From a bacterium (lineage in GTDB: Bacteria > Patescibacteriota > Patescibacteriia > UBA1558 > UBA10009), in assembly GCA_018672055.1 (NCBI GenBank), contig JABHGM010000001.1:432679-496678 (forward strand): a DNA stretch of 64,000 nucleotides, given 5' to 3'. Below are positions 1 through 8,929 of this stretch, piece by piece. The notes under the pieces were generated by a model. That model searched no databases. It had not been told where the DNA came from and saw only the letters and a list, made by a program, of their open reading frames with translations. The position numbers and the translations under genes are program-made. Numbering within the stretch: position 1 is the first letter of the stretch; each line of letters opens with the position of its first letter.

Positions 1-786
1 TGGCTTGGTGAACTTATGTCAGAAAAGAAAATTGGTAATGGTATTTCTTTATTAATTTTTGCTGGTATTATTGCTTCATTACCAAGTGCAGTTCAAAGAC
101 TAATTGCTACTTTTGATGCAACACAAGCTTTTAATCTATTAATCTTCTTAGGTATTGCTATAGTTACTATTGTAGTTGTAGTTATTATTACTGAAGGTCA
201 AAGAAATATTCCAGTTAATTATGCTAGACGTGTTAGGGGTAATAGAATGTATGGTGGTGTAAATACTCATTTACCACTTAGAGTAAATATGGCTGGTGTT
301 ATTCCAATTATTTTTGCAATTTCAATTATATTAATACCTCCAATGATTGCTCAATTTTTTGTTAGCGCAACAACTCCTTGGGTAGCAGGTGGCGCTAGAT
401 TTGTAGTTAATTTATTTCAAAATCAAGTTTTTTACGGCTTATTCTATTTTATAATGGTTTTTGCCTTTACTTATTTCTATACTTTTGTAGTATTCCATCC
501 TCATCAAATTGCTGAGAATTTACAAAAACAAGGCGGTTTTATACCAGGTATTAGACCAGGTAGACATACTGCTGATTATTTACAAAAAACAGCTAACAAG
601 ATATTACTTGCTGGCGCATTATTCTTAGGTTTAATTGCTGTATTACCGATTATTATTCAACCAATTACTGGCATATCCAGTTTAGCTATTGGTGGTACTA
701 GTTTATTAATTGTAGTTGCTGTAGTTATTGAACTTGTTAAACAGATAGACTCTCAACTTACTATGAGAGATTATGATGGATTATAA
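1..786 (+). CDS. secY: Preprotein translocase SecY (5'-truncated by window edge)
   Basis: GIGNGISL-like motif, PLRVNMAGVIPIIFA, GGFIPGIRPG, GGTSLLIVV; frame is open from base 1. Confidence 0.98.
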   Translation, partial: WLGELMSEKKIGNGISLLIFAGIIASLPSAVQRLIATFDATQAFNLLIFLGIAIVTIVVVVIITEGQRNIPVNYARRVRGNRMYGGVNTHLPLRVNMAGVIPIIFAISIILIPPMIAQFFVSATTPWVAGGARFVVNLFQNQVFYGLFYFIMVFAFTYFYTFVVFHPHQIAENLQKQGGFIPGIRPGRHTADYLQKTANKILLAGALFLGLIAVLPIIIQPITGISSLAIGGTSLLIVVAVVIELVKQIDSQLTMRDYDGL

Positions 787-810
787 TAAATAGATAATTT
801 ATATATATAA

Positions 811-836
811 AAAAGCCTCACTCATGTGGGGCTTTT
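811..836. terminator. Bidirectional intrinsic terminator between secY and the convergent lipoprotein gene
   Basis: AAAAGCCTCAC-TCAT-GTGGGGCTTTT hairpin with A/T tracts on both sides. Confidence 0.75.
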
Positions 837-840
837 AAGT

Positions 841-1206
841 TTATCCAGTGAATTCACTCAATAATATATAATATTTCTTATCAATTATTATTGGAGGAAT
901 ATTTTTAACAGGAAATAAATGTTTATTTTGATAATCTAATATAACATCTACTAGCATTTTTCCTGGTCCTTCTTGATAGATAAATAATTTATTATTTTCT
1001 TTCCATTCTACTCTAAGAATATTATTATGAATATTACTGATATTATCATAGTCAGCTTTATTATTTAGAGCAGGGTGGTGTTGAGACAGAATCTTGATTG
1101 CCCAACTTGGTCTTTTATCATCAATAGATAGTTCTGGAGCAACCGACTTATTAAAGAAACATCCTGAAAATATTAATATAATGAACAAAAGTCTTAACTG
1201 CTTCAT
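841..1206 (-). CDS. Hypothetical lipoprotein
   Basis: Signal peptide with lipobox (IFSG-C); AGGAGG SD upstream; own candidate promoter. Confidence 0.75.
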   Translation of the reverse strand: MKQLRLLFIILIFSGCFFNKSVAPELSIDDKRPSWAIKILSQHHPALNNKADYDNISNIHNNILRVEWKENNKLFIYQEGPGKMLVDVILDYQNKHLFPVKNIPPIIIDKKYYILLSEFTG

Positions 1207-1234
1207 GTTGTCCTCCTATTATTTATTTAATTTT

Positions 1235-1262
1235 ACTTTAGCACTACAGCTTTATTTGTCAA
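1235..1262 (-). promoter_or_regulatory. Sigma70-type promoter for the 1206 gene
   Basis: TTGACA-16 nt-TAAAGT with extended TG. Confidence 0.5.
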
Positions 1263-1292
1263 ATAAAAAAACCATCTTTTGATGGAGGTTGG

Positions 1293-1333
1293 GTAAGGTG
1301 AAATATCATGTTATTCATAATATTTCACCTTAC
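1293..1333. repeat. 14-bp perfect inverted repeat downstream of the 1670 gene
   Basis: GTAAGGTGAAATAT-13 nt-ATATTTCACCTTAC; on the minus strand it is followed by a CCATC/GATGG-T7 terminator-like hairpin. Confidence 0.75.
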
Positions 1334-1343
1334 AGTTGTTTTC

Positions 1344-1670
1344 TTACCAGTTTATGGTAAAGGTATATTTTCCGTCATTCCTTCTATGTATAGAAGTTAG
1401 CGGGCCATATCCTTCAGATTCAATCTTGAGAAGATTGAAGTATAGTCTCATATTATACGTATCTATACCTAGGAAGCGAACTTCCTCAAATCCGGTATAA
1501 TCATCACCAACATTAATTAGGACAGTGTCGCTCCATTCTATTCCATTTGAAATGGCTTTGTATAACATCTCTGGCCCTTCGCTTTTGTGCCAAATCCTCT
1601 CTGTTGTTATATGAGTGTCAGCTTGACTGAAACCTAGACTGAGAAACATTATTATTGCTATAACTTTCAT
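1344..1670 (-). CDS. Hypothetical secreted protein
   Basis: 108-aa ORF with signal peptide ending SQA; AGGA upstream. Confidence 0.65.
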   Translation of the reverse strand: MKVIAIIMFLSLGFSQADTHITTERIWHKSEGPEMLYKAISNGIEWSDTVLINVGDDYTGFEEVRFLGIDTYNMRLYFNLLKIESEGYGPLTSIHRRNDGKYTFTINW

Positions 1671-1711
1671 TTCATTTCCTTTTTTTTATTTTTATTTACT
1701 TTAATTTTTTT

Positions 1712-1757
1712 AAAAAGAATAGGTGGGGGAAATTAATTGAATTAATTCACCCCACCC
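1712..1757 (-). terminator. Intrinsic terminator closing the structured RNA
   Basis: Minus strand GGTGGGG...CCCCACC stem followed by TATTCTTTTT. Confidence 0.6.
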
Positions 1758-2427
1758 TTTTAAAATCACCAGCTCAGCATTTGCTTTAAGGATTTAATGT
1801 CCTTCTTTTGATATATACTCTCAAGAGATGAAAGTACAGTTCTGGTGTTTTATTAAATCAACGCTTGTGTACTATATTTTTTCAGCTGAATTTCCATATG
1901 GGAAATATATATAGCATACGAGTCTCTTACGTTGATAAATGGTGTCCTTTGACCGATAGATTAACAAGTAAACTATCGATTAGATTGAACATTGTAAGGT
2001 ATAAGCTTGTTACACGTTACAATGTTTAATCTAAAGTATTTATGTTTATCAACTTTTAGTTATGGAGCGGAAGCAAATTATGTGATCTGCCCCGCTCCAA
2101 AGTGTTGTGACATTTTACTACCACAATTCTGCCTGAGGAATTAATCTTGAACTAAATGGGCATTTAAATGAATATTTCCCAAGTTCATGATTTTAGTAAA
2201 AAGTAATCGCTATTAAGGGAGAAACTCCCAAAATATTGATCTTACTCTCTCCTTCACTTGTTTGTGGAGAGCGAACTCTCCCCAAGCAGGATTGTGATAA
2301 TAATTAGCGTTTTATCGTAAAAAGGCTAACTTTAGATAAATACGTCCCTTAGAGAGTGAATTTAGCTAAAATTAGCCTTATTAGGTATATTCTCTCTCCG
2401 TTATATATTTGGTTTTCAATGTTTAAT
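1712..2427 (-). ncRNA. Putative large (~710 nt) structured non-coding RNA or long structured leader, family not recognised
   Basis: No ORF >=60 aa. Near-continuous stems at 2322-2379, 2115-2303, 2063-2099, 1931-2053, 1857-1936 and 1761-1852. G-U pairs and a UUCG loop favour the minus strand. Bounded by a promoter and a terminator. Confidence 0.65.
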
Positions 2428-2432
2428 ATAGT

Positions 2433-2461
2433 AGTATATCATATATACTAAAACTTGTCAA
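2433..2461 (-). promoter_or_regulatory. Near-consensus sigma70 promoter driving the structured RNA
   Basis: TTGACA(2461-2456)-17 nt-TATACT(2438-2433), with TG extension. Confidence 0.75.
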
Positions 2462-2520
2462 GACCTCTTATTTTTATCTAATTAGTGCTATAATAATTAA
2501 AGTTTAAACTTAAAAAAATT

Positions 2521-3144
2521 ATGAACTATATTATTTTAGGAGCTCCTGCCTCTGGCAAGGGAACTCAAGCAGAACTATTATCAAAAAAATTAAATATTCC
2601 ACATATTGCATCAGGGATTATATTACGTGAAAATATTAATAATAAAACAGAACTTGGTTTAAAAGTAGAAGCAATATTAAATAGAGGTGATTTAGTGTCT
2701 GACGATATTGTGATTGATTTAATTAAAAATAGGTTAGAGCAAGGTGATTGTAAGGATGGATATATATTAGATGGTTTTCCTAGAACAATAGCTCAAGCTG
2801 AAGCTTTAGATGGAATAACAAAAATTGATAAAGTAATTGATATAGTAGTTAATGATGATGTAGCTGTTTCACGTATTACTAATAGAAGAATGTGTAAATC
2901 TTGTGGTAATCCATATCATTTAGAATTTAATCCTTCTAAATTAGAAGGTGTTTGTGATAAATGTAATGGTGAACTTTATTTAAGAGAAGATGATAAAGAA
3001 GAAGTAGTTAAAGATAGATTAAAAGTTTATCATGATCAAACTGAGCCATTGAAGGAGTATTATAAAGAAAAAATAATTACTATTGATGGTATACCTAGTA
3101 TAAAGCAAGTAACTGAAAGTATTTTTAAAAATTTACAAATTTAA
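2521..3144 (+). CDS. adk: Adenylate kinase (Zn-lid type)
   Basis: GAPASGKGTQA P-loop, LDGFPRT, CxxC...CxxC lid. Confidence 0.97.
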   Translation: MNYIILGAPASGKGTQAELLSKKLNIPHIASGIILRENINNKTELGLKVEAILNRGDLVSDDIVIDLIKNRLEQGDCKDGYILDGFPRTIAQAEALDGITKIDKVIDIVVNDDVAVSRITNRRMCKSCGNPYHLEFNPSKLEGVCDKCNGELYLREDDKEEVVKDRLKVYHDQTEPLKEYYKEKIITIDGIPSIKQVTESIFKNLQI

Positions 3145-3145
3145 T

Positions 3146-3904
3146 ATGTCAGGTGACGTTACAATAAAAACTGAAGAAGAAATAATTAAACTCAAAGAAG
3201 GTGGTAATATATTAGCTACTATTTTGAGTGAGCTTGGTAAAGCTGTTAAGGTTGGTATTACAACTAAAGAATTAGATCAACTTGCTAGAGATTTAATGAA
3301 AGAATACAAAGTAGAGCCTTCTTTTTTAAATTATAGTGATCCACCTTATCCAGCAGTATTATGTACTTCAGTTAACCAGCAGCTTGTTCATTGTATTCCA
3401 TCAGATTATGCTTTAAAGGAAGGTGATATTATTTCTCTAGATTGTGGTATTTGGCATAAAGGTTTATGTACGGATATGGCTAGAACATTTAGTGTTGGTA
3501 AAATAAGTGAAGAAACTAAGAAGTTATTGAAAGTAACGCGTAAAGCTTTAGAGATTGCCATTGAAACTGCTAAACCTGGAAATACTATTGGTGATTTAGG
3601 CTATAATGTACAGACATATGTTGAACAACAAGGTTTTTCCGTAGTTCGTAAATTAGTTGGTCATGGTGTTGGTTATGAAGTTCATGAGCCACCAGCAGTA
3701 CCTAACTTTGGTAAAAAAGGTGAAGGCATAGCATTTAAAGAAGGCATGGTACTTGCTTTTGAACCTATGGTAAATATTGGTCATCATGATATTGTTACTG
3801 GTTTAAATGATTGGGATATTTCTTCAAAAGATGATAGTTTAACAGCTCATTTTGAAGATACTATAGTTATAACTTCAAAAGGAGCAGAAATAATTACTAA
3901 ATAA
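3146..3904 (+). CDS. map: Methionine aminopeptidase type I
   Basis: GDIISLDCG, GHGVG..VHE.P, EPM, HFEDT motifs; follows adk. Confidence 0.97.
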   Translation: MSGDVTIKTEEEIIKLKEGGNILATILSELGKAVKVGITTKELDQLARDLMKEYKVEPSFLNYSDPPYPAVLCTSVNQQLVHCIPSDYALKEGDIISLDCGIWHKGLCTDMARTFSVGKISEETKKLLKVTRKALEIAIETAKPGNTIGDLGYNVQTYVEQQGFSVVRKLVGHGVGYEVHEPPAVPNFGKKGEGIAFKEGMVLAFEPMVNIGHHDIVTGLNDWDISSKDDSLTAHFEDTIVITSKGAEIITK

Positions 3905-3913
3905 AATAAGCCA

Positions 3914-4060
3914 CTAACGTTTAGTGAAAGTGGCTTTCAGCATTGGTGCAAATATTAACCAAAGTAAGATGTTTACTATTTGATAGAATATAGTGAAAAT
4001 AGCAAAACATGGAATTAATATGATTAATATCATACAGTGATACCATTTAGCTGGATGCAT
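3914..4060 (-). CDS. Small 48-aa membrane protein not in the ORF track (MHPAKWYHCMILIILIPCFAIFTIFYQIVNILLWLIFAPMLKATFTKR)
   Basis: Manual translation; AGGAGG SD; TTGATT-17-TAATAT promoter at 4114-4086. Confidence 0.6.
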   Translation of the reverse strand: MHPAKWYHCMILIILIPCFAIFTIFYQIVNILLWLIFAPMLKATFTKR

Positions 4061-4115
4061 AGCTTCCTCCTATTATTTTAAATAAATATTAATACATATA
4101 ACATAATAAATCAAG

Positions 4116-4487
4116 ATGTCTAAAATATTAGGTATAGATTACGGAGAAAGTAAAGTTGGTTTGGCTATTTCTGATAGTGATACTAAATTAGCTGTGCCTT
4201 TGGAAATTATTAAAAATGAAGAATTAGAAGATAAAATAAAGTATTTTATAGATAAAGAATTAGTTGAAAAGATAGTAATTGGTTTACCAATTAGTTTAGA
4301 TGGTACAGATACTGAGCAAACTAAAGTAGTTAGAGAATATATTAGTTATTTAAAAGAAAACTTTAAAGTTGAAATTATACCTCAAGATGAAAGATTAAGT
4401 ACAAAAGAAGCTAGTAGAACTGGTCATGATGATGATGTAGCTGCAATGTATATATTACAAACTTATCTTGATTCTAAATATGGATAG
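4116..4487 (+). CDS. yqgF: YqgF/RuvX family pre-16S rRNA nuclease
   Basis: ILGIDYG..KVGLAISD, IVIGLP, DERLST, D.VAAMYILQ. Confidence 0.93.
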   Translation: MSKILGIDYGESKVGLAISDSDTKLAVPLEIIKNEELEDKIKYFIDKELVEKIVIGLPISLDGTDTEQTKVVREYISYLKENFKVEIIPQDERLSTKEASRTGHDDDVAAMYILQTYLDSKYG

Positions 4488-5541
4488 TACTATCTTAATA
4501 CATTATATCTTACCTTTTATTGGAGCTCTTGGTATTTCAATTATTTTAACTATTTTAATTAGAGCTATAGCTATTAAGTTAAATATAATTGATAAACCAG
4601 ATAACGGACGTAAGATTCATAAATTACCTATACCTTTACTTGGAGGGTTTGCTATTTATTTAACAACCCTTATTTTTTTAGTTATCTATCAAGATATAAT
4701 ATTAGATGGCAGAATAAAAGCCTCATATTTAATAGCCATTGCCTTAGGTGGCTTGTTTTTAATGATTGGTGGGTATTTAGATGATAAGTACGCTCTAAAG
4801 CCTATTTATCAAATAATATGGCCTCTCTTGGCAGTTATATCTGTATTACTAAGTGGTATGGAGATAAGTTATATTACTAATCCATTAGGTGGTGTAATTA
4901 ACATATCATCGCCTATTATATCACTCATTATTATTTTCTTTTGGTTGCTTGGCATGATCTATACAACTAAGTTTTTAGATGGTTTGGATGGCTTAGTTTC
5001 TGGAGTTACGGTTATTGGTTCTATTATATTATTTTGTGTTAGCTTATTTTGGGACGTAGATCAGTCAGGAACTTCTGTTTTGTGTTTAATATTAGCTGGT
5101 AGTACTTTAGGTTTTTTATTATTTAATTTTTATCCAGCTCGTATTTTTTTAGGTGAAGGTGGTAGTACTTTCTTAGGTTTTATGCTTGGAGTACTTGCTA
5201 TAATAAGTGGTGCTAAAATTGCTACGGCTTTATTAATTATGGGTATTCCTATACTTGATGTTGTTTGGGTAATTATTAGGAGATTATTTAATGAAAGACA
5301 TTCTGCTTTTTTAGGAGATAAAAAACATTTACATTTTAGATTATTAGATATTGGTTTAAATCAAAGACAAGTAGTATTACTACTTTACTTACTTACTTTA
5401 ATATTCGGTTCGATTGCTTTATTTCAAGACACTATTGGTAAAATAGTAGCATTTATAGTTCTAATAATTGTTATGTTAGCTTTAGCTAGTTTTGTGGTTA
5501 TAAGATATAAAAAAATATATGAAAAAGTATCTAATAATTAG
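4480..5541 (+). CDS. MraY/WecA/TagO-family polyprenyl-phosphate GlcNAc-1-phosphate transferase
   Basis: RKIH..PIPLLGG, GYLDD, DGLDGL, FNFYPARIFLG, HLHFRL; start placed at the second Met. Confidence 0.9.
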   Translation: MDSTILIHYILPFIGALGISIILTILIRAIAIKLNIIDKPDNGRKIHKLPIPLLGGFAIYLTTLIFLVIYQDIILDGRIKASYLIAIALGGLFLMIGGYLDDKYALKPIYQIIWPLLAVISVLLSGMEISYITNPLGGVINISSPIISLIIIFFWLLGMIYTTKFLDGLDGLVSGVTVIGSIILFCVSLFWDVDQSGTSVLCLILAGSTLGFLLFNFYPARIFLGEGGSTFLGFMLGVLAIISGAKIATALLIMGIPILDVVWVIIRRLFNERHSAFLGDKKHLHFRLLDIGLNQRQVVLLLYLLTLIFGSIALFQDTIGKIVAFIVLIIVMLALASFVVIRYKKIYEKVSNN

Positions 5542-5944
5542 TCTTTTACTTACTTCACTTATGGTAAGTGGTTGTACTAGTCTTTTTTTAAAGAAAATAA
5601 CTATTAATGATAGTGTATTAAAAATTAAAGTTGTTACTTCTAAGATTGATATGTTAAAGGGTTTATCTGGTAAAAAGGATTTACCTCAAGATCAGGGCAT
5701 GCTTTTTATTTATGATGATTATGAAATACGAAACTTTCATATGAATAATATGAATTTTCCTCTTGATATTATATGGCTTAAAGATAATGAAATAGTAGGT
5801 ATTGAACATGAAGTACCTTTATTAATAAATAATGAAGTAACTAGAGTTAATTCTAAGAGTAAAATTAACATGGTTTTAGAGGTAAATAGTAAATGGGCCC
5901 AGAATAATGATATAAATATAGGGGATATAATAGGTCTTGACTAA
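5519..5944 (+). CDS. DUF192-family lipoprotein
   Basis: Lipobox VSG-C; GL....L....GMLF, FHM.NM.FPLDIIW, VLEV. Confidence 0.85.
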   Translation: MKKYLIISLLLTSLMVSGCTSLFLKKITINDSVLKIKVVTSKIDMLKGLSGKKDLPQDQGMLFIYDDYEIRNFHMNNMNFPLDIIWLKDNEIVGIEHEVPLLINNEVTRVNSKSKINMVLEVNSKWAQNNDINIGDIIGLD

Positions 5945-5996
5945 TTAATATATTCTGATATAATACGGCTAATGTTTAAAAATGATAATAAATTAT

Positions 5997-6305
5997 ATGA
6001 AATTTGCAGTAATAAGAACTGGTGGTAAACAATATATAGTATCACCTAAAGATAAAGTAAAAATCGAAAAACTTAATGCAGAAGAAGGTCAAACAGTGGA
6101 ATTTGATGATGTTTTGTTAGTAAGTGATAAGGATAAAATAGATTTAGGAACACCTAAACTCAAAACTAAAGTTACAGCTAAAGTTTTAAAACAAGGTAAA
6201 AGAGATAAAGTAACAGTTGCTAAATATAAGCCAAAGGTAAGATATCATAAAGTTTATGGTCATAAGCAACCTTATACAGAAGTAGAAATTCAAAAAATAT
6301 CATAA
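5997..6305 (+). CDS. rplU: 50S ribosomal protein L21
   Basis: MKFAVIRTGGKQY...GHKQPYTEVEI. Confidence 0.97.
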   Translation: MKFAVIRTGGKQYIVSPKDKVKIEKLNAEEGQTVEFDDVLLVSDKDKIDLGTPKLKTKVTAKVLKQGKRDKVTVAKYKPKVRYHKVYGHKQPYTEVEIQKIS

Positions 6306-6309
6306 ATAA

Positions 6310-6348
6310 AAAAAGCCTTTAATTATATAATTTGTTTAAAGGCTTTTT
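6310..6348. terminator. Bidirectional terminator between rplU and recR
   Basis: AAAAAGCCTTTAA...TTAAAGGCTTTTT. Confidence 0.8.
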
Positions 6349-6940
6349 ATAATTCTTTTCTATTCTTTAGCGCACTTGATAATGTAATTTCATCTGCGTA
6401 TTCAATATCAGAACCAGACGGTAAACCTCTTGCTAGTCTGGTTATTTTAATATTTAAAGGTTGTAATAATTTTTGTAAATAAATAGCAGTTGATTCGCCT
6501 TCCATATCTGGATTTAAACCTAATATTATTTCTTTTACATTATTATCTTTAATCCTTTTTTCTAATATATCAATAGTTAGGTGTTCTGAACCAATACCTT
6601 CTAAATGATTGATTACACCACCTAAAACATGATATAAGCCTGTGTATTCTTTTAGACGTTCAAAAGTATTTAAATCATGACTCTCAGCAACTACACAGAT
6701 AATAGTTTGATCTCTTCCTGTGTCAGTACAAATAGGACAGGGATTACTTTCTGTAATCGATTGACACTTTGTACAAACTATTAGATCTTTTTTAGCTTCT
6801 TTTAAGCTAGTAGCGAATTCTTCTAAATCCTCTTGGGGCCTTTTAAGTAACCAAAAAGTAAGTCTCTGGGCTGTTTTAGGACCAATGCCTGGTAATTTAT
6901 CTAATTGGTCAATTAATCTTTGGATTGAAGAAGGTAGCAT
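6347..6940 (-). CDS. recR: Recombination mediator RecR
   Basis: LPGIGPKTAQRL HhH, C4 zinc finger, TOPRIM, ARGLPSGSDIEYAD. Confidence 0.97.
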   Translation of the reverse strand: MLPSSIQRLIDQLDKLPGIGPKTAQRLTFWLLKRPQEDLEEFATSLKEAKKDLIVCTKCQSITESNPCPICTDTGRDQTIICVVAESHDLNTFERLKEYTGLYHVLGGVINHLEGIGSEHLTIDILEKRIKDNNVKEIILGLNPDMEGESTAIYLQKLLQPLNIKITRLARGLPSGSDIEYADEITLSSALKNRKEL

Positions 6941-6943
6941 AGT

Positions 6944-7240
6944 TTACATGCCCGGTAAATTGAAGCCTCCTTGAGCTCTCATTTTTTCTGCCATAACACG
7001 TTGAACTTTTTTAATAGCATCAGAGTGAAGGTTTTTAAGTAGTTCTTCTAATTTTTCTTTTTTTTCAGTATTTAAATATTCAGGATTTATATCTAACTTA
7101 GTCATTTTTTGATTACCATCCATAATTATAGTGGTACCATGTTTTTCAACAGTAATTGATTCTTCAGCTAATTGACCTTGTAAATCTTTTGCCTGGGATT
7201 TTAAATCTTTAATTTGATTTAATTTATTGAATAGACTCAT
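6944..7240 (-). CDS. ybaB: YbaB/EbfC nucleoid-associated protein
   Basis: 98 aa, immediately upstream of recR, typical DGNQ....DI pattern. Confidence 0.8.
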   Translation of the reverse strand: MSLFNKLNQIKDLKSQAKDLQGQLAEESITVEKHGTTIIMDGNQKMTKLDINPEYLNTEKKEKLEELLKNLHSDAIKKVQRVMAEKMRAQGGFNLPGM

Positions 7241-7256
7241 ATTTTTATATTAATTA

Positions 7257-8639
7257 TTAAAATGTATTTTCTGGTTGTCCTTCATCCTCTAAATTCTTAA
7301 AAGATGCTTGGTTTTCTTCAAAGTATAGTTTTACTAAGCCAGTAGGACCGTTTCTATGTTTAGCAATATGTACTTCAGCTATATTTCTTTCTTCTTCTGG
7401 AATATCTTCTATCTTATAACTTCTGTCTGATGTTTTACGATAAATAAACATAACTACATCAGCATCCTGCTCAATAGCTCCTGAATCTCTTAGATGAGCC
7501 AGTTTTGGAATAGCTGGTTTTGTATTTTCAACTGCTCTAGATAACTGAGAAAGAGCTAGAACTGGAATTTGTAATTCACGAGCTACAGCTTTAAGTGATC
7601 TAGTAATTTCCGCTACTTCTAAGACTCTATTATCAGAATTACCAGTTCTGCCTTCCATAAGCTGGATATAGTCAACTATTAAAAGATCTAAACCATGTTC
7701 TAACTTTAAACGTCTTGCTTTAGTTCTAATTTCCATAACATTGGAAGTTGCTGAGTCATCAATATATATAGGAGCTTCAGATAAAATACCCATAGCTTGA
7801 CCTATTCTAGGGAAGTCACCATCTTCATCACGATCAGATAAATTACCTGTTCTCATCTTCCATAAATCAACACCAGCTTCAGCACAAAGCAATCTATCAA
7901 CTAATTGTTCTTTACTCATTTCTAAACTAAATAGACCAACAGCTGCTTTATTATTTACTGCTGCTTGTCTAGCAATATCTAAAGCTAGTGATGTTTTACC
8001 AACAGAAGGCCTAGCTGCTAGAATAATAAGATCAGTTTTCTGAAGTCCTGCTAGTTTATTATCTAGTCCAGTAAAGCCAGTTCTCAAACCTCTTAATTTA
8101 CCCTTATCCTTATGTAACTCATCTATTCTGTCAAAAGCTCCAGTTAAAACATTTTTAATTGAAACAAAGTTTTGTTTAAGATATTTTTGAGATATTTTAA
8201 ATAGTTTTTGTTCAGCTTTATCTAATACGCTATCAACATCTTCTGTTTCTTTGTATGATAATTCATTAATTTCACTTGAAGCCTTAAGTAGCCTTCTTAA
8301 GGTAGCTTTTTTTTGAACAATTTTAGCATATGATATTACGTGCGCTGCTGTAGGTACACTGTTAGTTAAAGTAGCTAAATATGCTTGACCACCAACTGCT
8401 TCTAATTGCTTTTTTTCTTCTAATCTATTTGCTAAAGATAATAGATCAATAGGCTCACGTTTTTCATAAAGCTCATACATTGATTCTAGAATCATTAAAT
8501 GAGAATCTTTATAGAAATCTTCAGGACGTAATATATCAGCTACTTTAGTAATAGCTTCTTTATCAATTAAAAGACAGCCTAAAACTGACTGTTCTGCCTC
8601 ATTATTTTGAGGCGGTATTTTATTTAACCCTTGTGACAT
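7257..8639 (-). CDS. dnaB: Replicative DNA helicase
   Basis: AARPSVGKT, FSLEMS, VDYIQLM, LSQLSR, LRDSGAIEQDAD, KHRNGPTG; ATG start at 8639 preferred. Confidence 0.98.
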   Translation of the reverse strand: MSQGLNKIPPQNNEAEQSVLGCLLIDKEAITKVADILRPEDFYKDSHLMILESMYELYEKREPIDLLSLANRLEEKKQLEAVGGQAYLATLTNSVPTAAHVISYAKIVQKKATLRRLLKASSEINELSYKETEDVDSVLDKAEQKLFKISQKYLKQNFVSIKNVLTGAFDRIDELHKDKGKLRGLRTGFTGLDNKLAGLQKTDLIILAARPSVGKTSLALDIARQAAVNNKAAVGLFSLEMSKEQLVDRLLCAEAGVDLWKMRTGNLSDRDEDGDFPRIGQAMGILSEAPIYIDDSATSNVMEIRTKARRLKLEHGLDLLIVDYIQLMEGRTGNSDNRVLEVAEITRSLKAVARELQIPVLALSQLSRAVENTKPAIPKLAHLRDSGAIEQDADVVMFIYRKTSDRSYKIEDIPEEERNIAEVHIAKHRNGPTGLVKLYFEENQASFKNLEDEGQPENTF

Positions 8640-8745
8640 AAGTGGATCTATCTTATCAGAAATATTATTACTCGTAAACACGTATTTTTAAACAGATTTT
8701 CCACTTTATTTATCAACAAAAAAAACAGCTAAAAACTGTTTAAAA

Positions 8746-8822
8746 TGGTCCGCGCGGAGGGATTCGAACCCCCGACCATCTGCTTAAAAGGCAGTTGCTC
8801 TACCAGGCTGAGCTACGCGCGG
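8746..8822 (-). tRNA. tRNA-Lys(UUU)
   Basis: Cloverleaf CCGCGCG...CGCGCGG-ACCA, anticodon loop CTTTTAA, GGTTCGAATCC T-arm; TTGCCA-17-TATGAT promoter at 8872-8844. Confidence 0.93.
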
Positions 8823-8929
8823 AAAAATAATATAACGCTGGCTATCATAACATATATATAACTGTTTGGCAAGAGTTAGTAAAAAAAATCGTAAAATACG
8901 TGTTTTTTTGCTATAATATGTTTATTATT

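Noticed and set aside
1094-1282. 62-aa plus-strand ORF
   Set aside because: Antisense to the lipoprotein gene and its promoter; TTG start with no supporting signal
1712-2427. tmRNA, RNase P RNA, SRP RNA or group I/II intron as the identity of the structured region
   Set aside because: No tRNA-like ends or T-arm, no GAGGAAAGUCC, no GUGCG start or domain V, and it does not interrupt a gene; a covariance-model search is still needed to exclude divergent members
1712-2427. CRISPR array
   Set aside because: The hairpins differ in sequence and there are no regularly spaced direct repeats or cas genes
8640-8745. Replication origin near dnaB
   Set aside because: Only one or two imperfect DnaA boxes, no box cluster, and no dnaA/dnaN nearby
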